Assembly: GCA_965267185.1 (NCBI GenBank)
Contig: OZ253937.1
Coordinates: 327,030 to 391,029 of the forward strand
Direction of reading: 5' to 3'
DNA: 64,000 nt
Source: Alphaproteobacteria bacterium
Lineage (GTDB): Bacteria; Pseudomonadota; Alphaproteobacteria; UBA6615
A model generated the notes under the pieces. That model ran no database searches. It saw only the letters and a list, made by a program, of their open reading frames with translations, and had not been told where the DNA came from. Positions 1 to 10,595 of the stretch are shown piece by piece. Position numbers and translations under genes: made by a program. How positions within the stretch are numbered: the stretch's first letter is position 1; every line of letters starts with the position of its first letter.

Positions 1-759
<759 letters not shown>

Positions 760-792
760 GAAACCTCCAGGCGGGCGTCCGCCCGCGTTGCT

Positions 793-3129
793 CTACTCGG
801 CGGCGAGAGGCTGGTTGGCCGCTGCCCAAATGGCGTCGGGTGTCGCCGGCATATCGATCTCGGTCGATTTGCCGGCCGCGGCCATAGCATTGATGATGGC
901 GTTGATCACCGCCGGTGGCGCGCCGATTGCGCCGGCCTCGCCCGATCCCTTGAGACCCATCGGGTTCGTCGTGCACGGCACGTTGCGCATATTGAAATCG
1001 AAGTAGGGGAAATTATCCGCGCGCGGCAGCGTGTAGTCCATAAACGATCCCGAGACCAGCTGGCCCGACTGGCCGTCATAGACCGTGTGCTCGTGCAGCG
1101 CCTGGCCGAGCCCTTGAACGATACCGCCATGGACCTGACCCTCGATGAGCATCGGGTTGACGATATCGCCGAAGTCATCGACGACGGTATAGCGCTCGAT
1201 TTCCAGCGTTCCCGTGTCGGGGTCGATCTCCAATTCGCATATGTGACAGCCGTTGGGGAAAGTCGGGACGTCGGGCGCGTGGGTATAGGCCTCGTCCAGT
1301 GCGGGATCCATGCCCTCGGGCAGATTGGCCGCATCCGTCGCCGCGCGCGCCACGTCGAACAAGGTCATCGTACGGTCGGTGCCGGTCACCCTGAACGTGG
1401 CATCGGCATACTCGATATCCGCTTCCGCCGTCTCCATCACTTGGGCGGCGATGAGCTTGCCTTTTTCGATGATCGCGTCCGACGCTTTCAACACGGCGAC
1501 GCCGCCCACGGTCACCGAGCGCGACCCCCCGGTCAAACCCGACGGCACCAGATCGCTGTCGCCTTGCACGACGGTGAGATCATCGGTGTCGACGCCGAGC
1601 CGGTCAGACATGATCTGCTTGTACGACGTGTCGTGGCCCTGGCCGTTGGTGACCGTGCCGATATAGATGGTGATGTGATCGTTGTCGGTGTCGAACTTCA
1701 CATCGGCCGTTTCCGGGAAACCGCCGCCGCACTTTTCGACATAGGTCGCCATGCCGATGCCGCGCAGCTTGCCGCGGCTGGCGCTTTCGTCGCGGCGTTT
1801 GGCGTAGCCATTCCAATCGGCCCGCTCCATGCCAGCTTCCATGATCGCGGTGAACTCGCCGCTGTCGAACGTATCGCCCAGCGCCGTGGCGTAGGGCAAT
1901 TGCTCGGGCTTGACGAAGTTGCGCCGGCGAATCTCATCGGGCGACACGCCGAGATCGCGCGCGCACTTATCGACCAGGCGCTCGATGCAATAGATCGCCT
2001 CGGGCCGGCCGGCGCCGCGGTAGGCGTCGGTCGGCACGGTGTTGGTGAGCACGCCCTTCACGTTCACCCAAGCTGTCGGAATCGAGTAGAGGCCGTTCAG
2101 CATCCCGGTCCCGGCGTCGGTGGGGATGAAGGTACCGAAATGCGACAGATACGCGCCCAAATTGGCGTAGGTCGTCACCCGCAAGCCGAGGAACGTGCCA
2201 TCATCATCCATCGCCATTTCGGCGCGGGTCACGTGGTCGCGGCCCTGGATGTCGGACATGAAGCCTTCGCTGCGGTCGGCGGTCCATTTGACGGCTCGCT
2301 GTATTTTGCGCGCTGCCCACACCACGATCGCCTGTTCGGGATGGGGAAAAATCTTCATGCCGAAGCCGCCTCCCACATCGCCGGTGACGACGCGCAGCTT
2401 GTCTTTGCCGATTTTCAGAATCATGTCGGCGACGGCGTCGCGGATCCAGTGGGTGCCTTGCGACGAAGTGTACAGGGTCGAGCGGTCGGACTGGGAATCG
2501 TAGTCGGCGGTCGCCGCGCGGGGCTCCATCGAGTTGACGACAACGCGGTTGTTGATCAACTCAAGCGTCGTCACTTTTGTGGCGTTCTTAAACGCCGCGT
2601 CGGTGGCTTCCTGGTCGCCCTTGCCCCAGTCGAAGCAGACATTGTTTTTGGCGTCGTCATAGAGTTGCGCCGCGCCGGCCTGGGTGGCGCCATAGGTGTC
2701 GGTGGCGGCGGGCAACTCGTTGTAGCCGACGTCGATCAGCTCGGCGGCGTCGCGCGCCTGGAGCAAGGTTTCGCCGACCACCACGGCGACCGGCTGGCCC
2801 ACATGGCGCACCCGCTCCTGGGCGAGCAGGGGCCGGTAGGTGTCGGTGCGCTCGGTGCCGTCGATGTTCGTAATCGGAATCAGGCACGGCATGGGATCGA
2901 TATCGTCGGCCGTCACATCCTCGCCGGTTAAGACCAGCAGCACGCCCGGCGCCGACTTGGCGGCGCTCGCGTCGATACCGGTGATTTCGGCATGCGCGTG
3001 CGGTGAGCGCAGGATAAAGGCGTAGGCTTGACCGTCGAGGTTGACGTCGTCGGTATAGCGGCCGCCGCCGGTCAGCAGGCGCTGGTCTTCGATCCGCGTG
3101 ACAGCTTGTCCAATGCCGAATTGGCCCAT
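793..3129 (-). CDS. Xanthine dehydrogenase-family molybdopterin-binding large subunit (CoxL form II-like)
   Basis: 778 aa; R.ED.RLLTGGG start, RSPHAHA, GGGFG, AYRGAGR (not the form I CODH AYxCSFR), QVHGGIVQG.G.AL, KG.GE.G.IGAPPA. Confidence 0.9.
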   Translation of the reverse strand: MGQFGIGQAVTRIEDQRLLTGGGRYTDDVNLDGQAYAFILRSPHAHAEITGIDASAAKSAPGVLLVLTGEDVTADDIDPMPCLIPITNIDGTERTDTYRPLLAQERVRHVGQPVAVVVGETLLQARDAAELIDVGYNELPAATDTYGATQAGAAQLYDDAKNNVCFDWGKGDQEATDAAFKNATKVTTLELINNRVVVNSMEPRAATADYDSQSDRSTLYTSSQGTHWIRDAVADMILKIGKDKLRVVTGDVGGGFGMKIFPHPEQAIVVWAARKIQRAVKWTADRSEGFMSDIQGRDHVTRAEMAMDDDGTFLGLRVTTYANLGAYLSHFGTFIPTDAGTGMLNGLYSIPTAWVNVKGVLTNTVPTDAYRGAGRPEAIYCIERLVDKCARDLGVSPDEIRRRNFVKPEQLPYATALGDTFDSGEFTAIMEAGMERADWNGYAKRRDESASRGKLRGIGMATYVEKCGGGFPETADVKFDTDNDHITIYIGTVTNGQGHDTSYKQIMSDRLGVDTDDLTVVQGDSDLVPSGLTGGSRSVTVGGVAVLKASDAIIEKGKLIAAQVMETAEADIEYADATFRVTGTDRTMTLFDVARAATDAANLPEGMDPALDEAYTHAPDVPTFPNGCHICELEIDPDTGTLEIERYTVVDDFGDIVNPMLIEGQVHGGIVQGLGQALHEHTVYDGQSGQLVSGSFMDYTLPRADNFPYFDFNMRNVPCTTNPMGLKGSGEAGAIGAPPAVINAIINAMAAAGKSTEIDMPATPDAIWAAANQPLAAE

Positions 3130-3390
3130 CTGGCAACTCCGTGATTTTTAGGGCTGAAAAAAGCTCGTAAGCGTGTGCAATGATAAGCGAACTGTCCCCA
3201 CCGCTCCAGCCTTGCAGGCCGGATAGCGATAAGATTTTTCACCCATCCGGCAGGTTCGTCTGTTGCCGCTTCCCGAAGCGGTGGAGGCCGGTCTGGCACA
3301 ACACACGTGAATGCGATGGCTGCCCTATAGGCAACACAAAAGCGCGCGTGCTAAAGACGGACGACGAGACAATTCAGCGGAAATGGCCCC

Positions 3391-3741
3391 ATGCTTACGG
3401 TCTACGGTCTGAAGACCTGCGATACGACGCGCAAGTCTTTGAAATGGTTGGAGCGGCGGGAAGTGCCCCACCGGTTTCTCGACGTGCGCGCCGACGGCGT
3501 CGACTTGGAGCGGCTGACCCTTTGGGCGATGGAAGTGGGCTGGGAAGTGTTACTCAACAAGGGCAGCACGACGTGGCGCGGCCTGCCCGACGTGATCCGC
3601 GAAAACGTCACCGAGGATACCGCACTCGCCCTCATGGCGGAGAACCCGACCTTGATCAAACGCCCGGTGATCGAAGTCGATGGCGGCCTGATCGTCGGCT
3701 TCAAACCGGCTCAGCAGCGCGAACTCGAAGCCGCGATTTAA
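3391..3741 (+). CDS. ArsC/Spx/YffB family reductase-like protein
   Basis: 116 aa; YGLKTCDT, W..L.NK.STTWR.L, PTLIKRPV motifs. Confidence 0.85.
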   Translation: MLTVYGLKTCDTTRKSLKWLERREVPHRFLDVRADGVDLERLTLWAMEVGWEVLLNKGSTTWRGLPDVIRENVTEDTALALMAENPTLIKRPVIEVDGGLIVGFKPAQQRELEAAI

Positions 3742-3755
3742 CTAATTTGGAACCC

Positions 3756-3853
3756 CATGCTTCGAGACAGCGCATTCGCGCCTCCTCAGCATGAGGTGTT
3801 GGTTTGTTCGTCCTCATCCTGAGGAGCAATCTTGGATTGCGTCTCGAAGGGTG
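3756..3853. repeat. REP-like inverted doublet (CTTCGAGAC...CTCCTCAGCATGAGG / CCTCATCCTGAGGAG...GTCTCGAAG family)
   Basis: Two ~41-nt palindromic units in inverted orientation with a 15-nt spacer; same family at 7216 and 61823. Confidence 0.8.
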
Positions 3854-3865
3854 GGCGACCGCCAT

Positions 3866-3941
3866 CTAAAGCGGCCACACGATCAGGATCAGCGGCACCG
3901 AGACCAGGACGATCAGCGCTTCGAGCGGCAGGCCCATGCGC
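3866..3941 (-). repeat. Orphan copy of the 3' end of the SLC13 permease gene (RMGLPLEALIVLVSVPLILIVWPL*)
   Basis: 72/76 nt identical to 5435-5510 by manual alignment; all 4 differences synonymous. Confidence 0.95.
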
Positions 3942-4013
3942 TACCTTGCGGTGATTGCCTGATTTTCCAAAGCCCGCCATAGTTGCTTTGAAACAATTGA
4001 GGGAAGCCACAGG

Positions 4014-5438
4014 ATGGAATGGCTGGTGACGTTCGTCCTGGACTTTTTCGACGTGTTCTTATCAACCATCGCTAGTCTTTGGTCGGTGGTGACGTGGGTA
4101 TGGTCTTCGTTGATCTGGCTCGGGTTCGTTGGCATCGTTCTTTGGGTTCTGAGTCACAACCAGTCTTACAAGACTTTACTTAGTTGGCTCACAGCGCGGG
4201 GCCGTAAGGTGCGATACGAACGGGCGCTTGATTGGAGCCTGACTCGTACTGACAACTTTTTTGGACCTGAATGGTTATGGAGAGCGTTTAGCCGCAGCTT
4301 ATCCCTGGCTTACATCTATCCTGCTCTCTTTCTGCTGGCGTCCTGGGTTGCCGGAATAAGGCTGACCTTTGCCGAAGATCCGTTTCTCGGTGTACAAACG
4401 ATTGGTGGGCTGGCGAGGTTCCTGATTGCCGCGGGGCTTATCGTAGCAACCGGGGTTATTGTTCTATTAGTTAGGAAAAATGAAACGATAGCTAGGTGGA
4501 TGTTGGAGCGGCTGTTTCGCCAACCACAACTGTCAAGCCGGATGCGTTTACTATCGGAAAGTTTCGTTTTAGCGCTCGCGCTCGTATTCGCGTTCGCTGT
4601 CTCGATCGCATTCGTACTCGTAGGCGCATCTGCAAGCGTAGGTGCGCCCGTAGCCGCAGTTTCGATGGTAGTTATAATCGTAGTCGTGATCACAGTCGGA
4701 GGCATAGTTCCAATCACAACAGCGATGGCCGCCATAGGTGTAGTCGGAGTCACAGCCACAACTATAGGGGCGTTCACAGACGCCGGCGAATTCATACGCG
4801 CGGTGTTAGTCCTATATTTAGTTTTGCCGATCACGAATGCGTTTTTCGATTGGCTGTCCTGGGGAGTGACGCGGCGGTTACTTCATCGTCTGAGGCAAGT
4901 TAATGGAATCCTCGCGGTCCTCGGTCACGTTGTCGCCGACACCGTTCTTGCGATCTTGTTTCTTGCCGGTTTGTCGGTGGTACTACCGTTTGTTGTCGAA
5001 ATCGCCAACGCAGCGTTTCACATACTCGCATTGTCACCACTGGAATGGCGGCCGATGTTGACCGCCGTTATCGAGCATCCATTTAGCGCAGGTATCATGG
5101 TTAGCGGTATGCTGGTCACAACACTAGTTCCCACCGCGATGCACCTCGGCATGGCATGTATTTCGCTATTTGTGCCTCATTTAGATGTCGAACGGACGGG
5201 AGGTTGGTACCCGCTCCGCGCGCACCTCCTGGAATCGGTAACGAACCCGGATGATGATCCCGACCATCTCCAGCGAGGTCATGTAGCAGTTTGGCTGTTT
5301 GGGGCGTTTGCGCTGTCTTGGGGAGTGTTGCTCGTGATTGGCGCTTTCGTCTACGCGCTTGTCTCTGCTTTTGGTCCCACCGGTGGAGAGCTTCTTATAA
5401 TTCTCGCCAATTTCGGCGCGTCTCTGGCAGGTGCTTAA
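4014..5438 (+). CDS. Hypothetical multi-pass membrane protein (visibly lower GC than flanks)
   Basis: 474 aa ORF with many hydrophobic segments and AT-ending codons; stop overlaps the permease stop (TTAA); lies between direct repeats. Confidence 0.7.
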   Translation: MEWLVTFVLDFFDVFLSTIASLWSVVTWVWSSLIWLGFVGIVLWVLSHNQSYKTLLSWLTARGRKVRYERALDWSLTRTDNFFGPEWLWRAFSRSLSLAYIYPALFLLASWVAGIRLTFAEDPFLGVQTIGGLARFLIAAGLIVATGVIVLLVRKNETIARWMLERLFRQPQLSSRMRLLSESFVLALALVFAFAVSIAFVLVGASASVGAPVAAVSMVVIIVVVITVGGIVPITTAMAAIGVVGVTATTIGAFTDAGEFIRAVLVLYLVLPITNAFFDWLSWGVTRRLLHRLRQVNGILAVLGHVVADTVLAILFLAGLSVVLPFVVEIANAAFHILALSPLEWRPMLTAVIEHPFSAGIMVSGMLVTTLVPTAMHLGMACISLFVPHLDVERTGGWYPLRAHLLESVTNPDDDPDHLQRGHVAVWLFGAFALSWGVLLVIGAFVYALVSAFGPTGGELLIILANFGASLAGA

Positions 5439-7201
5439 AGCGGCCAGACGATCAGTATCAGCGGCACCGAGACTAGGACGATCAGCGCTTCGAGCGGCAG
5501 GCCCATGCGCCAATAGTCGCCGAAGCGGTAGCCGCCGGGGCCCATCACTAGAACATTGTTTTGATGGCCGATGGGGGTGAGGAACGCGCACGATGCGCCG
5601 ATCGCCGTCGCCATCAGGAACGGATCGGAATTGACGCCCAATTGTTGGGCGATGGCGACCCCGATGGGCGCCATGACGATGGCGGTCGCTGCGTTGTTCA
5701 TCAGATCGGACAGGGTCATGGTGACGATCAGCAGCACGGCGAGCACGGCGAAGGTGGGCACCGCGCCCGCCAAGCCCACGATGGCTTCGGCGATCAACTG
5801 GGTGCCGCCGGTCGCCTGCAGTGCGCCGCCGAGGGGGATCATGGCGCCGAGCAAGACGATCACCGACCAGTCGATGGTCTCGTAGGCTTCGCGCGGCGTG
5901 ATCCGGTTGAGCAGAATGAGCGCGACGACCGCGCCGGAAAACGAGATATGCACCGGTGCGAGACCGAACGCTGTGGCCAGTACCGCGGCGGCAAAGAGCG
6001 CGACGGGCAGCCATATATGCCGGGGCCGGCGTAGCGATAGCCCGCGCTCGGCGAGGGGAAGGCACCCGAGATTGGCGACCACATCGGGCAACACGTCGGC
6101 TTCGCCTTGCAGCATAAGGACGTCGCCGGCCTGGAACCGTACGGTTGCCAGGCGCTCGCGCACCGGCTCACCTTGCCGTGCCAGGGCGATCAGGGCTGCG
6201 CCATAGCGCCGGCGCAGATGCAGCAGTTGCGCCGAGCGGCCTTCGATGCGGGCGCCGGGCAGCACCACGGCTTCGATCAAACCGATTTCGTCGGAGCGCA
6301 GATTTTCGTCGCTCAACTCCGCTTCGCCCGCAAGCTCCAGACCGTTGCCGGCAACCAACTTGTCGAGGACGGCGGGGTCGGTGCGGATTAGCAGGCTGTC
6401 GCCGGCACGCAATATGTGACCGCGCAGATGATGTAGGAAGCGGACATCGCCGCGGATCAACCCGACAATGATCGAGCGGTCGTCGGTGCGGTGTTCCAAC
6501 TCGGCGATCGAGACGCCGATCAAGTCCGAGTCCTCGGGAATGTGTGCCTCGGCAATGTAATCGCGCACTTCGAACAGGTCGGCGGCCGACTTGCGCCCGC
6601 TGCGGCCGCGTGGGATCAGCCGCCAACCGATGGTGACGACGAACAAGAGTCCGATCACGGCGATGGGCGCGCCAACCGGGGCGAAATCGAACAACTGAAA
6701 GGGTTCGCCGGCGACGTCGGCGCGGAAGGTGGCGATGATGATGTTGGGCGGGGTGCCGATCAAAGTGACCAGTCCGCCGAGGATCGAGCCGAACGATAGC
6801 GGCATCAGCAGCGCCGCCGGTTTGCCGCCGAGGCGCAACGCCAGCGGCATCAGCAGCGCCAGCGCGCCGACATTGTTCATGAACGCCGATAAAACCGCGC
6901 CGAGACCTGACAGGGTGCCGATCTGGCTGGTTTCGCTGCGCGCCGCGCGGGTTACCAAATTCGCGATATGGTCGAGGATGCCCGAGCTCTGGAGCGTCCG
7001 GCTGATCACCAGAACGGCGGCCACCGTGATTACCGCCGGATGGCCGAACCCGGCAAAAGCGTTGGTGGACGGCACCACGCCGACGCCGACAGCCACGATC
7101 AGCGCGGTGAACGCCACCACGTCGTAGCGCCAGCGGCCCCACAGGAAAAACACCATGGCAAGGCCGAGGATGGCGAAGATCAGTATCTGGTCGGCGGTCA
7201 T
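5435..7201 (-). CDS. SLC13/DASS-family permease with TrkA-C domains
   Basis: 588 aa; SAFMNN, GG..TLIGTPPN, central TrkA-C-like repeats, MNNAATA, FLTPIGHQ.N..V.GPGGYRF.DY. Confidence 0.9.
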   Translation of the reverse strand: MTADQILIFAILGLAMVFFLWGRWRYDVVAFTALIVAVGVGVVPSTNAFAGFGHPAVITVAAVLVISRTLQSSGILDHIANLVTRAARSETSQIGTLSGLGAVLSAFMNNVGALALLMPLALRLGGKPAALLMPLSFGSILGGLVTLIGTPPNIIIATFRADVAGEPFQLFDFAPVGAPIAVIGLLFVVTIGWRLIPRGRSGRKSAADLFEVRDYIAEAHIPEDSDLIGVSIAELEHRTDDRSIIVGLIRGDVRFLHHLRGHILRAGDSLLIRTDPAVLDKLVAGNGLELAGEAELSDENLRSDEIGLIEAVVLPGARIEGRSAQLLHLRRRYGAALIALARQGEPVRERLATVRFQAGDVLMLQGEADVLPDVVANLGCLPLAERGLSLRRPRHIWLPVALFAAAVLATAFGLAPVHISFSGAVVALILLNRITPREAYETIDWSVIVLLGAMIPLGGALQATGGTQLIAEAIVGLAGAVPTFAVLAVLLIVTMTLSDLMNNAATAIVMAPIGVAIAQQLGVNSDPFLMATAIGASCAFLTPIGHQNNVLVMGPGGYRFGDYWRMGLPLEALIVLVSVPLILIVWPL

Positions 7202-7215
7202 GGCGGGCAGCCTCT

Positions 7216-7303
7216 ATCCTTCGAGACACCCTTTCGCCTCACCCTGAGAAGGGTCGTTAGGCCCGTCTCGAAGGGCGTGGCGAAAGGGCTCCTCAGGATG
7301 AGG
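7216..7303. repeat. Nested REP composite (one palindromic unit inside another)
   Basis: Reverse complement matches 61823-61909 with 6 substitutions and 1 indel. Confidence 0.85.
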
Positions 7304-7443
7304 ACAATTTCCGGTTGAGGCCAGTTGCATCGCTGTTCAGCGCCAGACGAAGAGAAGGGCGGAAACGGCTATCTGCCGTTACCGCCCAGTTGTCACATAC
7401 TCACAGGGAGGAGAGAAACAAACAGGCACCGTAAAACTGGCAA

Positions 7444-8403
7444 TCAATCAAAAGCCTCTTCCCAACTGCCGCGCGTGGCAGCCTTGGAATATTCGGTGGC
7501 GCGGTTTTCGAAGAAATTGGTGTGCTCGACGCCGTTGAGCATTTCCTCCATCCACGGTAGCGGGTTCTTGTCGATGCGGTAGACCGGCTGCAGGCCGAGC
7601 TGCATGAGCCGGCGGTCGGCGATGTAGCGGATATATTGTTTGACTTCGCGGGCCTCCAGCCCCTCGATGCCGCCGAGCTCGAACGCCAGATCGATGAACG
7701 CATCTTCGTGGGTCACCACGGTCTCGCAGCACACATAAAGGTCGCGCTGGAATTCTTCGGTCCAGATTTCCGAGTTCTCGTCGACGAAAGTGCGGAACAG
7801 CTTGATGATCGAGGCTGTGTGCAGGCTCTCGTCGCGCACCGACCAGGTGACGATCTGGCCCATCCCCTTCATTTTGTTGAAGCGCGGGAAGTTCATCAGA
7901 ATGGCGAAGCTGGCGAACAGCTGCAGGCCTTCGGTGAAAGCGCCGAACATGGCCAAGGTCTTGGCGATGTTCTCGTTGGTGTCGACGCCGAACTCCTGCA
8001 GATAGTCGTACTTGTCTTTCATCTGCTGGTATTTGAGGAACGCCGAATACTCGCTTTCGGGGATGCCGATGGTGTCGAGCAGGTGCGAGTAGGCGGCGAT
8101 GTGCACGGTTTCGATGTTGGAGAACGCCGACAGCATCATCTGCACTTCGGTGGGTTTGAACACCTGCGAATAGTGCTTCATGTAGCAGTTGTTCACTTCC
8201 ACATCCGACTGGGTGAAGAAGCGGAAGATGTGGGTCAGCAGATTGCGCTCGCCGTTGGTGAGCGTGCGGTGCCAATCTTTCACGTCGTCGGCCAGCGGCA
8301 CCTCTTCAGGCAGCCAGTGGACGCGCTGCTGCTGCAGCCAGGCGTCGTACGCCCAGGGGTATTTAAAGGGCTTGTACTGAACCCGTTCTTCCAAAAGCGA
8401 CAT
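7444..8403 (-). CDS. nrdB: Ribonucleotide reductase class Ia beta subunit
   Basis: 319 aa; W.PEEV.L..D, FFTQSD, E.VH..AY (radical Tyr), EG.QLF, RDESLH diiron ligands. Confidence 0.95.
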   Translation of the reverse strand: MSLLEERVQYKPFKYPWAYDAWLQQQRVHWLPEEVPLADDVKDWHRTLTNGERNLLTHIFRFFTQSDVEVNNCYMKHYSQVFKPTEVQMMLSAFSNIETVHIAAYSHLLDTIGIPESEYSAFLKYQQMKDKYDYLQEFGVDTNENIAKTLAMFGAFTEGLQLFASFAILMNFPRFNKMKGMGQIVTWSVRDESLHTASIIKLFRTFVDENSEIWTEEFQRDLYVCCETVVTHEDAFIDLAFELGGIEGLEAREVKQYIRYIADRRLMQLGLQPVYRIDKNPLPWMEEMLNGVEHTNFFENRATEYSKAATRGSWEEAFD

Positions 8404-8434
8404 CTAATCTAAAACCCCAAAAACAGTCGTTAAA

Positions 8435-10459
8435 TTATTGACAAGCAAGACATTCTTCGTAGTCGTTGACGCTCGCGGCGGCGCGGTCGGCCTCCTCGTC
8501 GGTGGTCACGGCGACCATCGGTGAGGTCGAGGCGACGCTCTCCGAGCGCTGCAGCGATTTCGACCGGCAGTAGTAGAGGCTCTTCACACCCTTCTTCCAT
8601 GCCTGGAAATGAATCTGGTGCAGGTCGCGCTTGTGCACGTCGGCCGGCAGGAACACGTTGAGCGACTGCGACTGGCACACCTGGTCGGCGCGGTCGGCGG
8701 CGAGATCGATCACCCAGCGCTGATCGATTTCGAACGCGGTCTTGAACACCGCCTTCTCGTCGTCGGACAGGAAGTCGAGATGCTGCACCGAGCCTTCGTT
8801 GGTGGTGATCGACGACCACACCTCTTCGGTGTTCTTGCCTTTCTCTTCCAAAAGGCGGGTGAGCGCCTTCGAGCGCACGTTGAACGAGCCGGACAAGGTT
8901 TTGTGGGTGAAGCTGTTCGCTGCAATCGGCTCGATGCCGGGCGACGAGCCGCCGCAAATGATCGAGATCGACGCGGTCGGCGCAATCGCCGTCTTGTTCG
9001 AGAAGCGCTCCATAATGCCGTAATCGGCGGCGTCGGGGCAGGCGCCCCGTTCTTCGGCCAGCGCCACCGAAGCGGCGTCGACTTGCGCCTTGATGTGGCG
9101 GAACATCTTGTTGTTCCACGCCTTCGCAGTGGCCGACTCGAAGGGCACCATCTGCCCCTGCAGGAACGAATGGAGGCCCATCACGCCGAGACCCACCGAG
9201 CGCTCGCGCGCCGCCGCATAGGTGGCGCGCTGGAACGAGTCCGCCGCGTTGTCGATGAAATCCTGCAACACATTGTCGAGGAACCGCATGACGTCCTCGA
9301 TAAAGGTCGGATGGTCCTTCCACTCGAGGTAGGTTTCCAGATTGAGCGACGACAGGCAGCACACGGCGGTGCGTTCTTTGCCCAGATGGTCGGTGCCGGT
9401 GGGCAGCGTGATCTCGGAGCACAGGTTCGACGTTTTCACGTTGAGCCCGGCCAGCTTGTGATGCTCGGGAATGCGCTTATTCACCGTGTCGGAATAGACG
9501 ATATAGGGCTCGCCGGTTTCGACCCGGGCGGTGAGGATGCGGATCCACAACGCGCGCGCCGACACTTTGGCGATCGGCGCGTTGTCTTTCGGGCTCACAA
9601 GCGCCCACTCTTCGTCATTCTCGACCGCGCGCATGAAGTCGTCGGAAATCAGCACGCCATGGTGCAGGTTGAGCGCCTTGCGGTTGGGATCGCCGCCGGT
9701 CGGCCGGCGCAGCTCGATGAACTCTTCGATCTCGGGATGGCTCACCGGCAGGTAGACCGCCGCCGAGCCGCGCCTAAGCGAACCCTGGCTGATCGCGAGA
9801 GTGAGCGAATCCATCACCCGGATGAACGGCACCACGCCCGAGGTCTTGCCGTTGCGCCCGACCTGTTCGCCGATGGAGCGCAGATTGCCCCAATAGCTGC
9901 CAATGCCGCCGCCGCGCGCGGCGAGCCACACATTCTCGTTCCACAGATCGACGATGCCTTCGAGCGAGTCGGAGGCCTCGTTGAGGAAACACGAGATCGG
10001 CAGGCCCCGTTTGGTGCCGCCGTTGGACAGAACCGGGGTCGCCGGCATGAACCAAAGCTTGGAGATATAGTCGTAGATGCGCTGGGCGTGTTCCGAATCG
10101 TCGCCATAGTGGGCCGCGACTCGGGCAAACAGCCGTTGCGGCTCGCCCGCCTCTTCGGGCAGCAGGTAGCGGTCTTCCAGCGTTTCCAGGCCGAAGGCGG
10201 TCAATTTGGCGTCGCGCGACGGGTCCATGACGACTCGCGCGCGCTCCGTTTGATAAACGTTCGCCGTGTTGTCGTCCTGGCCGATCAGATCGTTTTCCAC
10301 AGCCTCATTAGGTGCCGTGGCGTCGCCGATCACTGCCGAATTGCCGTTTTGATGCTCTTTATTCAGGGTATCCTTGTGTGCCAGGCCGGATACCTCTTCA
10401 TCTACAAACACCTTATCCACAGCGCTTTTTCTCGCCGAAACGCCCGCAGATCCATCCAT
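8435..10459 (-). CDS. nrdA: Ribonucleotide reductase class Ia alpha subunit (no ATP cone; start uncertain)
   Basis: PATPVLSN, PISCF, SNLCSEI, APTA.IS, KSLYY, C-terminal CLACQ. ORF open to 10498; alternative in-frame starts at 10459, 10300, 10228. Confidence 0.93.
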   Translation of the reverse strand: MDGSAGVSARKSAVDKVFVDEEVSGLAHKDTLNKEHQNGNSAVIGDATAPNEAVENDLIGQDDNTANVYQTERARVVMDPSRDAKLTAFGLETLEDRYLLPEEAGEPQRLFARVAAHYGDDSEHAQRIYDYISKLWFMPATPVLSNGGTKRGLPISCFLNEASDSLEGIVDLWNENVWLAARGGGIGSYWGNLRSIGEQVGRNGKTSGVVPFIRVMDSLTLAISQGSLRRGSAAVYLPVSHPEIEEFIELRRPTGGDPNRKALNLHHGVLISDDFMRAVENDEEWALVSPKDNAPIAKVSARALWIRILTARVETGEPYIVYSDTVNKRIPEHHKLAGLNVKTSNLCSEITLPTGTDHLGKERTAVCCLSSLNLETYLEWKDHPTFIEDVMRFLDNVLQDFIDNAADSFQRATYAAARERSVGLGVMGLHSFLQGQMVPFESATAKAWNNKMFRHIKAQVDAASVALAEERGACPDAADYGIMERFSNKTAIAPTASISIICGGSSPGIEPIAANSFTHKTLSGSFNVRSKALTRLLEEKGKNTEEVWSSITTNEGSVQHLDFLSDDEKAVFKTAFEIDQRWVIDLAADRADQVCQSQSLNVFLPADVHKRDLHQIHFQAWKKGVKSLYYCRSKSLQRSESVASTSPMVAVTTDEEADRAAASVNDYEECLACQ

Positions 10460-10536
10460 ACGTAATGCCCCCTTGAAAACAGTAACCAGGTCGTCCACAC
10501 GGTGTGGGTAATTTCCTGGGAATAGTCTGAATAGCT

Positions 10537-10583
10537 CTACAACATGTAGTCGCGAGGAATGAGTGTAACACTAAATATTGACC
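10537..10583. promoter_or_regulatory. Tandem NrdR boxes
   Basis: CTACAACATGTAGTCG (10537) and ACACTAAATATTGACC (10568) fit the CwAnATnTwG core and start 31 bp apart, directly upstream of nrdA. Confidence 0.8.
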
Positions 10584-10595
10584 TTTTGTCACCGT

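Noticed and set aside
793-3129. Aerobic CO dehydrogenase (coxL form I)
   Set aside because: Active-site loop is AYRGAGR, not AYxCSFR; no coxM/coxS or accessory genes adjacent. Same for 43357-45690.
7444-10459. Intein or intron in nrdA/nrdB
   Set aside because: Both frames are continuous and of normal core length; no splicing motifs or homing endonuclease.
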